Virus record (IMG/VR): IMGVR_UViG_3300005512_003411
Location: 1-27,544 of that record
Source: a virus
Lineage: Duplodnaviria > Caudoviricetes
DNA length: 27,544 nucleotides
Reading direction: 5' to 3' (one strand)
Below the pieces are notes generated by a model. That model saw only the letters and a list, made by a program, of their open reading frames with translations, made no database searches and had not been told where the DNA came from. Of this stretch, positions 1-7,117 are shown in pieces. The translations under genes were made by a program, and so were the position numbers. Within the stretch, counting starts at the first letter, position 1; every line of letters starts with the position of its first letter.

Positions 1-2
1 GC

Positions 3-353
3 CAGCAAGAGCATAAGAGAAAACAGTTCATTACTGAATGGAAGCAGGGTTTAGTTTCAGGTGGATCTTCTTATCACTTATCACAGTATGTAAGAAACCA
101 TCTTTTGGAGGAAGCCGATTACAAGTGTTCTAAGTGTGGTTGGACGGGCACTAACATTCATACTGGTAGAGTTCCTTTGGAAATCGATCATATAGATGAC
201 GACCCATACAATCATTCTCCTGACAATTTGCAAGTTCTTTGTCCTAATTGTCACGCTTGTAAAACTCAAGCACCTCAAAAAAGTAAGGGTGGGAGATACC
301 AAAATAGATCTCATCCAAAATTCAGGGTGAATGGCGCAGCGGTAGCGCAGTAG
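3..353 (+). CDS. HNH endonuclease (5' partial; frame open from window start)
   Basis: Frame open from nt 3 (QQEHKRKQF...); CSKCGW, LEIDHIDDDPYNH, NLQVLCPNCH are HNH/Zn-finger motifs; stop lies inside tRNA-Val. Confidence 0.9.
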   Translation, partial: QQEHKRKQFITEWKQGLVSGGSSYHLSQYVRNHLLEEADYKCSKCGWTGTNIHTGRVPLEIDHIDDDPYNHSPDNLQVLCPNCHACKTQAPQKSKGGRYQNRSHPKFRVNGAAVAQ

Positions 354-396
354 ATTTACATTCTATTGGTCGGGGGTTCGATCCCCTCTTCACCCA
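325..396 (+). tRNA. tRNA-Val(TAC)
   Basis: Acceptor GGGTGAA/TTCACCC, D stem GCGC/GCGC, anticodon arm GTAGA-TTTACAT-TCTAT, T arm GGGGG-TTCGATC-CCCTC, discriminator A. Confidence 0.95.
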
Positions 397-421
397 TTAT
401 CAATTTACCATAGGTACTAAA

Positions 422-670
422 ATGATTACAGTAAGATGCAAAGAGTGTAAAACAGAATTGACTAGCACAAGTAAGTTGCAGGTTTGTGGATGTCCAAACC
501 AGATGACTTTGATCGAAAATAAAGTTGGTGCCAAGGACCTTGAGAAGGTTGTTATGGTTACTAATAATGTAGAAAGAAAAATTAATAGTCATTTTTCTAG
601 AGAAGAACTTGTATACCAAGAAGAAAGACGTAGACGTAAGGTAAAGCGATTGGACTTTGAAGTCCGATAG
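422..670 (+). CDS. Small Cys-rich (Zn-ribbon-like) phage hypothetical protein
   Basis: CKEC...CGC motifs, basic C-terminus; fills the gap between two tRNAs. Confidence 0.75.
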   Translation: MITVRCKECKTELTSTSKLQVCGCPNQMTLIENKVGAKDLEKVVMVTNNVERKINSHFSREELVYQEERRRRKVKRLDFEVR

Positions 671-753
671 GGAGAGAGTCCGGTTGGTCGAGGACACCGC
701 CTTGAAAGCGGCTGGAGGTAACACTTTCGCAGGTTCGATTCCTGTTCTCTCCG
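671..753 (+). tRNA. tRNA-Ser(TGA), atypical acceptor/D-arm junction
   Basis: Acceptor GGAGAGA/TCTCTCC, G discriminator, loop CTTGAAA, long variable arm, T arm GCAGG-TTCGATT-CCTGT; U8 appears absent. Confidence 0.85.
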
Positions 754-772
754 TTAGAGAATGAACACATAC

Positions 773-806
773 TTGACAGCACTGTAGCAAGTTGCTACAG
801 TAAATA
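773..806 (+). promoter_or_regulatory. sigma70-type promoter with overlapping 21-bp palindrome and late-promoter-like TAAATA
   Basis: TTGACA(773)-N17-TACAGT(796) with TG extension; ACTGTAGCAA-G-TTGCTACAGT at 781-801. Confidence 0.6.
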
Positions 807-832
807 GTATTGTAGACAATTCTTCTACTATT

Positions 833-994
833 ATGCACCCTGATGAATTACAAAACTGGAAAAAAATCAAAGACAAGTTTGAGGAAAACGGAACAACGGA
901 CAACTACTTTTATAAGCGAGCATGTGCTATAATAAGAGGGTTGCCGGACCCGATGAGTAATTTGCCAAATGTCTCACAGGATGAACAAAATTAA
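833..994 (+). CDS. Small phage hypothetical protein (53 aa, not in ORF track)
   Basis: Manual translation MHPDELQNWKKIKDKFEENGTTDNYFYKRACAIIRGLPDP...; lies directly after a promoter. Confidence 0.7.
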   Translation: MHPDELQNWKKIKDKFEENGTTDNYFYKRACAIIRGLPDPMSNLPNVSQDEQN

Positions 995-1151
995 ACCTGA
1001 GCACTATATCACTGAAGAACAATGTCAAAAAATGATTGATAAAGCAATTGACAAACACAATAAAACTGCTGCAATCATAAGTGCCATCCTTGGAATTATC
1101 CTTCTAGCGTTTTATTCGCATGGGGTGATTTCTTTGGTAAGTAGATTTTGA
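969..1151 (+). CDS. Small membrane protein
   Basis: One hydrophobic segment AAIISAILGIILLAFY; stop abuts the tRNA remnant. Confidence 0.7.
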   Translation: MSHRMNKIKPEHYITEEQCQKMIDKAIDKHNKTAAIISAILGIILLAFYSHGVISLVSRF

Positions 1152-1199
<48 letters not shown>

Positions 1200-1205
1200 T
1201 CGTCA

Positions 1206-1234
1206 CTGACACTCCTTGATTTTTATGGTATAAT
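1206..1234 (+). promoter_or_regulatory. sigma70-type promoter for the Phd-like ORF and talC
   Basis: CTGACA-N17-TATAAT with TG extended -10. Confidence 0.65.
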
Positions 1235-1255
1235 ATTCATATACATAATGCAACT

Positions 1256-1429
1256 ATGGAATTTTATTCAGTGGAACACTGGGAAGAAAACTTTGATGAC
1301 CTATTAGGTAGGGTTGAAAATGGTGAGACCATCGGTATAATAGGTGAAGACGGGAACAAAGCAGTTATGGTTCCTGCTAATGAAGAAATTACTAAACTTT
1401 ACACTGAATTGAACAACGAAGCACAATGA
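1256..1429 (+). CDS. Phd/YefM antitoxin-like small protein (57 aa, not in ORF track)
   Basis: MEFYSVEHWEENFDDLLGRVENGETIGIIGEDGNKAVMVP fits the Phd/YefM N-terminal pattern; ATGA overlap with talC. Confidence 0.6.
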   Translation: MEFYSVEHWEENFDDLLGRVENGETIGIIGEDGNKAVMVPANEEITKLYTELNNEAQ

Positions 1430-2079
1430 AAATTTTTCTTGATACCGCAGATACAGAAATCATTAGAGACCGTTTTGATACAGGATTGATTGATGGGGTT
1501 ACTACTAACCCCTCATTGATTCGTAAGTCTGGTAGAGACCCAGAAGCGGTTTACCAGGAGATTAAAGATATGGGTGTGCAGGACATCAGCATGGAAGTTG
1601 TTGGTGACGCACAAGTTATGCTGGATGAAGGACTTCGTCTTGTAGATAAGTTTGGTAGTGTTGCAACAATTAAACTGCCTATGACCAAGGAAGGTTTGAT
1701 GGTATGTAAGGAATTGACAAAGGAGAAGGTCCGTACTAATGTAACCCTGATCTTCTGTGCCGCACAAGCAGTTCTAGCAGCAAAGGCAGGTGCTACATAT
1801 GTTTCGCCTTTTGTAGGACGACTGGATGATCAATCTGTTGCTGGTTTGGAAGTGGTAAGATCTATTTCGGAACTGTATCGAATACATGGAGTTCCGACTC
1901 AGGTGCTTGCTGCTTCAATCAGAAGTGTACAAAGAGCAATTCGTTCTTGGTACAATGGTGCAGAGATCTGTACTATGCCCCCAAAGGTTTTTGATCAAAT
2001 GTATGATCACATTCTTACTGATAAAGGTTTGGAAATCTTTGATGCTGATTGGAAGGCAGTTCAAGGGACTGTCGCATAA
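1426..2079 (+). CDS. talC: Transaldolase (TalC/Fsa family), cyanophage auxiliary metabolic gene
   Basis: MKIFLDTAD, GVTTNPSLI, IKLP Schiff-base Lys, NVTLIF, YVSPFVGRLDD, LAASIR. Confidence 0.97.
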   Translation: MKIFLDTADTEIIRDRFDTGLIDGVTTNPSLIRKSGRDPEAVYQEIKDMGVQDISMEVVGDAQVMLDEGLRLVDKFGSVATIKLPMTKEGLMVCKELTKEKVRTNVTLIFCAAQAVLAAKAGATYVSPFVGRLDDQSVAGLEVVRSISELYRIHGVPTQVLAASIRSVQRAIRSWYNGAEICTMPPKVFDQMYDHILTDKGLEIFDADWKAVQGTVA

Positions 2080-2139
2080 CGGTCAATGCCCACTGCTTAT
2101 AACGGTGTGACCTGGGTTCAACTCCCAGCAGTCCTACCA
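2065..2139 (+). tRNA. tRNA-Ile(TAT) with encoded CCA
   Basis: Acceptor GGGACTG/CAGTCCT, D stem GCAT/ATGC, anticodon arm CACTG-CTTATAA-CGGTG, T arm CTGGG-TTCAACT-CCCAG, ACCA end. Confidence 0.92.
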
Positions 2140-2212
2140 GGGGGTCTAGCAATCTGGTGAATGCACCAAACTCATAATTTGGCTAAGGCGAGTTCGATCC
2201 TCGCGACCCCCA
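2140..2212 (+). tRNA. tRNA with CAT anticodon (elongator Met or Ile2)
   Basis: Acceptor GGGGGTC/GACCCCC, anticodon arm CCAAA-CTCATAA-TTTGG, T arm GCGAG-TTCGATC-CTCGC; lacks initiator features. Confidence 0.92.
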
Positions 2213-2213
2213 C

Positions 2214-2242
2214 TTGACGGTTTGCCGTCAATCCCTTATAAT
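2214..2242 (+). promoter_or_regulatory. sigma70-type promoter, -35 within an inverted repeat
   Basis: TTGACG-N17-TATAAT; TTGACGG-TTTG-CCGTCAA at 2214-2231. Confidence 0.8.
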
Positions 2243-2264
2243 ACTAAGGTCAACAAACGAGACA

Positions 2265-2480
2265 ATGACACTGATTAGCAAGTTCAAGAAAGACATTCAA
2301 ACCCTTCGTGGTGCTGTAAATGGTGAGTTCTTCCTGGATGTGAAGAATCCGAAACTTCTCAAAAAGGTTCGCCGTTATTACGAAAACGAAGGTATTGTAT
2401 TTTCTGGCGATCCTCTTGATGATTATGATATTTTGATGGAGCAAATTGCTATTGATCTTGAAACTGTGGAAGTAGCATGA
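2265..2480 (+). CDS. Phage hypothetical protein
   Basis: ATG 2265 downstream of the promoter (the track's TTG start is the -35 box); ATGA-coupled to next ORF. Confidence 0.8.
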   Translation: MTLISKFKKDIQTLRGAVNGEFFLDVKNPKLLKKVRRYYENEGIVFSGDPLDDYDILMEQIAIDLETVEVA

Positions 2481-2758
2481 ACGATTTAGATCCTAAATCT
2501 GTTGCATCAACAAAAACCATTATTGTTCATGAACGGTTTCCATATCGTTTTGTTCAAAGAGGTCATATTCAATTGAACGGAAACCCGGATTTCCGTATGC
2601 AAAAAGCAAATGAGTATACTAGAAAATACTCTGATGTTTATTTGTTTGATAATGGGGATCAAATGCTTCTTGCAATTGAAGACCATGAATATGCTAAATG
2701 GTTAGATCCTGATGGTGTTCCTTGCTATATAAAAGACACGGTAACCCGAGTCTCTTAA
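2477..2758 (+). CDS. Phage hypothetical protein
   Basis: 93-aa ORF coupled on both sides (ATGA, TAATG). Confidence 0.8.
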   Translation: MNDLDPKSVASTKTIIVHERFPYRFVQRGHIQLNGNPDFRMQKANEYTRKYSDVYLFDNGDQMLLAIEDHEYAKWLDPDGVPCYIKDTVTRVS

Positions 2759-3012
2759 TGTTTGAGAAAGATGCCATTAACTTGACATTTGTTCATCCTT
2801 GGATGACTGTCTCTGATGCATTACTTTTGTTTGAAGATGCTTACGAAAAATTCAAAAATCAAAAAAAGTATCACGGACAAAAGACTGTATCTACCCTGAT
2901 GAATATCAGTTATGGCATTTGGCAAAGGGAACCAGAAAATTACGTGAGAGCTAGATTAGATCTCATAAAGTCACGGATGGACTATAACAGCACTGGTCGG
3001 GATACCCCCTAA
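2758..3012 (+). CDS. Phage hypothetical protein
   Basis: TAATG-coupled ATG at 2758; 3' end overlaps the structured RNA. Confidence 0.65.
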   Translation: MFEKDAINLTFVHPWMTVSDALLLFEDAYEKFKNQKKYHGQKTVSTLMNISYGIWQREPENYVRARLDLIKSRMDYNSTGRDTP

Positions 3013-3058
3013 GTTTCCTAGTTCTTTCAAAACTAGGTGGTGGAGTCATAAAGACCCT
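2968..3058 (+). ncRNA. Structured RNA, 5' part (manA-motif-like, unverified)
   Basis: Module AAG-TTT-CCTAGTT-CTT-TCAA-AACTAGG-TGG followed by hairpin GGAGTC-ATAAA-GACCC; same architecture as the modules at 3360-3447. Confidence 0.55.
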
Positions 3059-3064
3059 CAAAAA

Positions 3065-3071
3065 CTAAATA
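3065..3071 (+). promoter_or_regulatory. T4-like late promoter candidate
   Basis: CTAAATA about 25 nt before ATG 3097. Confidence 0.5.
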
Positions 3072-3096
3072 AAAACATAGAGTTTATAAGAGTAAA

Positions 3097-3360
3097 ATGG
3101 CAACAAGAGGAACGGCGGCAAAATCCGCAAGTGGCGCAGCGATGTCTAAGTATGATGTTGAAGTTGAAGCACGTTTGCAGGCACTGGAAGCAAAAGCACA
3201 CGAACAGTGTGAAGGTGGTTCTGGCGCTGGCGCAGATAGTGATAAACTTGCAGCACTCGAAACAAAAGTCGATAAACTTATCGAAATTTTAAATACTATG
3301 CCTTCAGTTCAAGAACAATGTCCTAAGGCAGATGATGGAAAACGTCGCCTTCCTGTTTGA
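3097..3360 (+). CDS. Small coiled-coil phage hypothetical protein
   Basis: EVEARLQALEAKAH and KLAALETKVDKLIEIL heptads joined by a Gly-rich linker. Confidence 0.8.
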   Translation: MATRGTAAKSASGAAMSKYDVEVEARLQALEAKAHEQCEGGSGAGADSDKLAALETKVDKLIEILNTMPSVQEQCPKADDGKRRLPV

Positions 3361-3462
3361 GGTTTCTTGCTTTACCTAAGAGCAAGTGGTGCGGATGGGG
3401 TTTATACTCCCGCCCTGTTTCTTGCTTCAGGTAAAAAGAGCAAGTGGCGTGCATGAAGTGAC
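3360..3462 (+). ncRNA. Structured RNA, 3' part with two pseudoknot-like repeats (manA-motif-like, unverified)
   Basis: Direct repeats GTTTCTTGCTT...AAGAGCAAGTGG at 3362-3389 and 3417-3447, separated by hairpin GCGGATGGGG-TTTATA-CTCCCGC. Confidence 0.65.
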
Positions 3463-3468
3463 CTTTCA

Positions 3469-3504
3469 GGGGTGGTTGTATAACCATCCCTTTTTTGCTA
3501 TAAT
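3469..3504 (+). terminator. Intrinsic terminator overlapping a sigma70 promoter for the glycan cluster
   Basis: GGGGTGGTT-GTAT-AACCATCCC-T6; TTGTAT(3476)-N17-TATAAT(3499) with TG extension. Confidence 0.8.
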
Positions 3505-3531
3505 ATATAATAATAACATGTATTGGAACTA

Positions 3532-4578
3532 ATGAGTGAATACAAGAAAACAGCACTTGTTCTTGGTGCTGGTGGGTTTATTGGAAGTCACATGGTCAAA
3601 CGACTACGTGAAGAAGGATACTGGGTGCGTGGTGTTGACCTGAAGACACCTGAGTTTTCTTCTACACAGGCACATGAATTTATTACTGGCGACCTTCGTG
3701 ATGTGACTTTTGTTCGTCGGTGTATTCAGTTCAAAGGATATCAAGGTAACTTCTACAACTCTGTACCAGAACGCTATCTACTTCCCTTTGATGAAATCTA
3801 TCAGTTTGCTGCTGATATGGGTGGTGCTGGATTCGTTTTTACTGGCGAGAACGATGCAGATATTATGCACAATTCTGTATCCATCAACTTGAACGTGCTT
3901 GAGGAGCAGCGTAAGTTTAATGAAAAAGTTGGCAATAAAACAAAGATTTTCTATTCTGGATCTGCTTGCATGTATCCAGAGCACAATCAACTAGATCCTG
4001 ATAACCCTGATTGCCGTGAAGAATCCGCATACCCCGCAGACCCAGATTCAGAATATGGTTGGGAAAAACTATTTTCGGAAAGGTTATACTTTGCTTACAA
4101 TCGTAATCATGGTATTCCTGTTCGCGTGGCTAGATACCACAATATATTCGGACCAGAAGGAACCTGGCAAGGGGGTAGAGAGAAAGCACCAGCAGCAATC
4201 TGCCGCAAGATCGCTTACCTCCCAGAACAGGGTGGTGCTATTGAGGTGTGGGGTGATGGAGAACAAACAAGATCCTTCCTGTACATCGATGAATGTATTG
4301 AAGCAACCCGTAGACTGATGGACAGTGACTTCATGGGTCCTGTGAACATCGGTTCAGAAGAGATGGTTACTATCAATGAACTGGTACATACTGCAGGTCG
4401 TGTTGCTGATAAGTGGGTAGAGAAAATTCATATTGATGGTCCTCTTGGTGTTCGTGGACGCAACTCAAATAATGATTTGATTCGCGAGAAACTTAATTGG
4501 GATTATTCTCAATCACTTGAGGAAGGTATTCGTAAGACATACACCTGGATTTCTGAACAAATTGCCGCATCTATCTAA
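3532..4578 (+). CDS. NAD-dependent epimerase, GDP-mannose 3,5-epimerase-like
   Basis: GAGGFIG, FAADMGGAGF, SACMYP, YGWEK, GGREKAPAAICRK are hallmarks of the GME-like SDR subfamily. Confidence 0.88.
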   Translation: MSEYKKTALVLGAGGFIGSHMVKRLREEGYWVRGVDLKTPEFSSTQAHEFITGDLRDVTFVRRCIQFKGYQGNFYNSVPERYLLPFDEIYQFAADMGGAGFVFTGENDADIMHNSVSINLNVLEEQRKFNEKVGNKTKIFYSGSACMYPEHNQLDPDNPDCREESAYPADPDSEYGWEKLFSERLYFAYNRNHGIPVRVARYHNIFGPEGTWQGGREKAPAAICRKIAYLPEQGGAIEVWGDGEQTRSFLYIDECIEATRRLMDSDFMGPVNIGSEEMVTINELVHTAGRVADKWVEKIHIDGPLGVRGRNSNNDLIREKLNWDYSQSLEEGIRKTYTWISEQIAASI

Positions 4579-5351
4579 TGATTTACGACTGCTTTATTTT
4601 CAACAATGAAGTTGAAATGCTTGAACTGCGACTCAATATTCTTGGTGAAGTCGTAGATAAGTTTATTATTATTGAAGGTGACACTACTTTCTCTGGTACA
4701 AGTAAGGAGAGTGTCTATCTACAGAACAAAGATAGGTTTTCTCAGTGGGAAGATAAGATTGAGCATCACTTTATTACAGTACCCAATCTTCCTAGGTCTT
4801 GGGACAGAGAGATCTATTCTAGAAACTATCCTCTGACTCTTCCTGGTTTCAATGATGAAGATATTATCATCACTAGTGATGTTGATGAGATTCCTAACCC
4901 AGAAGCAATTGAAAGTGTGTCTGAGTGGATCAATGATGATGAACACTTTACATTTCAGATGAACTTTTACATGTACTATCTGAATAATCTGTTCACTACT
5001 AACTGGTTTGGAACCAGAGTTGCTACTTATAAGTATCTGAAGACAAGAACTTTAGACAAACTGCGTGAAGCAACAGAGGATAAGTCTAAAATCACTGGAC
5101 CTGTGATTGATGGTGGTGGTTGGCACTTTAGTTACTGTGGTGGCGCAGAGATGATCAAGAGTAAGATTAAATCTTTCTCTCACACTGAACATAACAACGA
5201 TCGTGTGCTCAACAGTGTAGAAAGCAATGTAAAAGAGGGCAAAGACCTGTTCAATAGAGACATTTCTTTCCATACAATTGCTGTAACAGAGGATGAATTT
5301 CCTGAATATGTGGTAAATAACAAGGAAAAATACGCCGATTGGATTATTTGA
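4578..5351 (+). CDS. Glycosyltransferase family 17 (beta-1,4-GlcNAc transferase-like)
   Basis: MIYDCFIFNNEVEMLELRL, SDVDEIP, GGWHFSY. Confidence 0.85.
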   Translation: MIYDCFIFNNEVEMLELRLNILGEVVDKFIIIEGDTTFSGTSKESVYLQNKDRFSQWEDKIEHHFITVPNLPRSWDREIYSRNYPLTLPGFNDEDIIITSDVDEIPNPEAIESVSEWINDDEHFTFQMNFYMYYLNNLFTTNWFGTRVATYKYLKTRTLDKLREATEDKSKITGPVIDGGGWHFSYCGGAEMIKSKIKSFSHTEHNNDRVLNSVESNVKEGKDLFNRDISFHTIAVTEDEFPEYVVNNKEKYADWII

Positions 5352-5352
5352 T

Positions 5353-6285
5353 ATGATTGTAACTGAAATTTATCCAAAGACCGCACTGGGTAACCAACTG
5401 TGGTTCATGGTTGTACTCCGAATTCTTGCTGAAAAGTATGGATATGAGTGGGGTGTAGCAACTCCACAGTATTTCAGAGGCAGAAACTTTATGATTGGGT
5501 ATAACTTTGGTAAGACTGTGACTGGTGGACACTCACCCCGTCCTGGTCAACCACCAGCATCATTGCATGATGGGTTGGTTCATTATTACCAAGAACCTAA
5601 CGAACCAATGCCTCAATGTGGACATACTGCTATCAGATTTGATGAAAATCTGTGGAATAAACTCCCAGATAATACCAAGATTGATGGATTGTTTCAGTGT
5701 ATGGGGTATATTGAAGACAGAAAAGATGATATTCGTGAGTGGTTGAGTCACGATGTGAACGTAACAGAGTATTCTGATGATGATATCTGTGTCATTCACT
5801 TCCGTGGTGGTGAATATTTGATCACTGCATCGTGGTGTCCCCCTGAATATTATGCAAATGCAAGGGATAGGATGCTTGAAATGAATCCAAACATGAAGTT
5901 TGTAGTGGTGACTGATGACCCAGCAAATGCCAATAAGTTCATCCCATGGGCACCTGTTGTAGGTGCAACCACACTAAAAGAGCAGGAAACTATCGAACAA
6001 GGCACTGGATTCTTCAAGTATAAGGGTGGAAACATTGGTATTGACTACTCAATCCTTCATAATGCGAAGAACGTTATCATGTCTGCCTCTACTTTTTCTT
6101 TCTGGCCTGTCTGGACTAGTCCATTTGATAACAATGTTATTGCACCAAAACACTGGTTTGACTATAAAACATCAGATGGATGGTGGAGAGGTGTAGATAG
6201 TATCGTGAATGGGTGGAAATATATTGATAGGAGTGGTAAACTATTCACATCTGACCAATGTAAAAGGGAGTGGAACAATGTATAG
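5353..6285 (+). CDS. Glycosyltransferase family 11 (alpha-1,2-fucosyltransferase-like), divergent
   Basis: LGNQLW, IHFRGGEY, VVTDD, SASTFSFW. Confidence 0.8.
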   Translation: MIVTEIYPKTALGNQLWFMVVLRILAEKYGYEWGVATPQYFRGRNFMIGYNFGKTVTGGHSPRPGQPPASLHDGLVHYYQEPNEPMPQCGHTAIRFDENLWNKLPDNTKIDGLFQCMGYIEDRKDDIREWLSHDVNVTEYSDDDICVIHFRGGEYLITASWCPPEYYANARDRMLEMNPNMKFVVVTDDPANANKFIPWAPVVGATTLKEQETIEQGTGFFKYKGGNIGIDYSILHNAKNVIMSASTFSFWPVWTSPFDNNVIAPKHWFDYKTSDGWWRGVDSIVNGWKYIDRSGKLFTSDQCKREWNNV

Positions 6286-7117
6286 TGTTTTTGGTGCGAC
6301 TGGTTATGTGGGTAGCACCTTTTGTAGTATGTACGATAATGAGGTTGTGAGGCAGGGTAGAGAGAATAGAGTTCCGAGAACAAATGATATTCTCTATCTC
6401 ATTTCTACCACAGACAACTATAATGTTCATTCAAATATCACTCTTGATGTAGAAACAAACCTCAAAGTGCTGTGTGAAGTGCTTGAATACTGCAAAAAAG
6501 AGGACATTGTGTTTAACTTTGTGAGTTCTTGGTTCGTATATGGTAAAACAAAACTCCCTGCAACAGAGGAATCACCTTGTAATCCTACTGGTTTCTACTC
6601 AATTACCAAGAAAGCAGCAGAAGATCTAATCATTTCTTTCTGCAATACCTTTGGGTGTAAGTATCGTATCATGAGACTATGTAATGTTGTTGGTGGTATT
6701 GATCATAATGGTGGTGTTGTTGAAAGTGATGTATCCCGTAAGAAGAATGCTATCACATACATGATCAATAAACTGAAGAATGATCAAGACATTTATTTGT
6801 ATGATAACGGCACACCAATTAGAGACATTATGCACGTTGGTGACGTATGCCGTGCTATTCATCTGGTCATGGAAGAGGGAAACCTCAATGAAATCTACAA
6901 TATTGGTAGTGGACAACCAACACAGATTGGTGATATAATGAAACTGGCTAAAGAATTTCTAGATTCTAAAGGCAATATATACGGCAGAGAGGCTGCGGAC
7001 TTTCATAAAGTTGTACAAGCAAAAGATTTTTGGTATGATACAACTAAACTAAAGAACCTTGGGTTCAAGCAAACCATTCCAACTGAAGCGATTATCAAAG
7101 AACTATGTACCAACTGA
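6278..7117 (+). CDS. NAD-dependent epimerase/dehydratase (SDR)
   Basis: GATGYVG, SSWFVYG, YSITK, RDIMHV, YNIGSG; start moved to ATG 6278. Confidence 0.88.
   Translation: MYSVFGATGYVGSTFCSMYDNEVVRQGRENRVPRTNDILYLISTTDNYNVHSNITLDVETNLKVLCEVLEYCKKEDIVFNFVSSWFVYGKTKLPATEESPCNPTGFYSITKKAAEDLIISFCNTFGCKYRIMRLCNVVGGIDHNGGVVESDVSRKKNAITYMINKLKNDQDIYLYDNGTPIRDIMHVGDVCRAIHLVMEEGNLNEIYNIGSGQPTQIGDIMKLAKEFLDSKGNIYGREAADFHKVVQAKDFWYDTTKLKNLGFKQTIPTEAIIKELCTN

Noticed and set aside
784-798. NtcA binding site
   Set aside because: Spacing is GTA-N9-TAC, not N8; kept only as an unassigned palindrome
2140-2212. Initiator tRNA-fMet
   Set aside because: G1-C72 is paired and the anticodon stem lacks three consecutive G-C pairs
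3362-3447. Direct repeats as a possible mini-CRISPR array
   Set aside because: Only two close copies with variable interiors, a structured spacer and no cas genes; better explained as RNA structural modules
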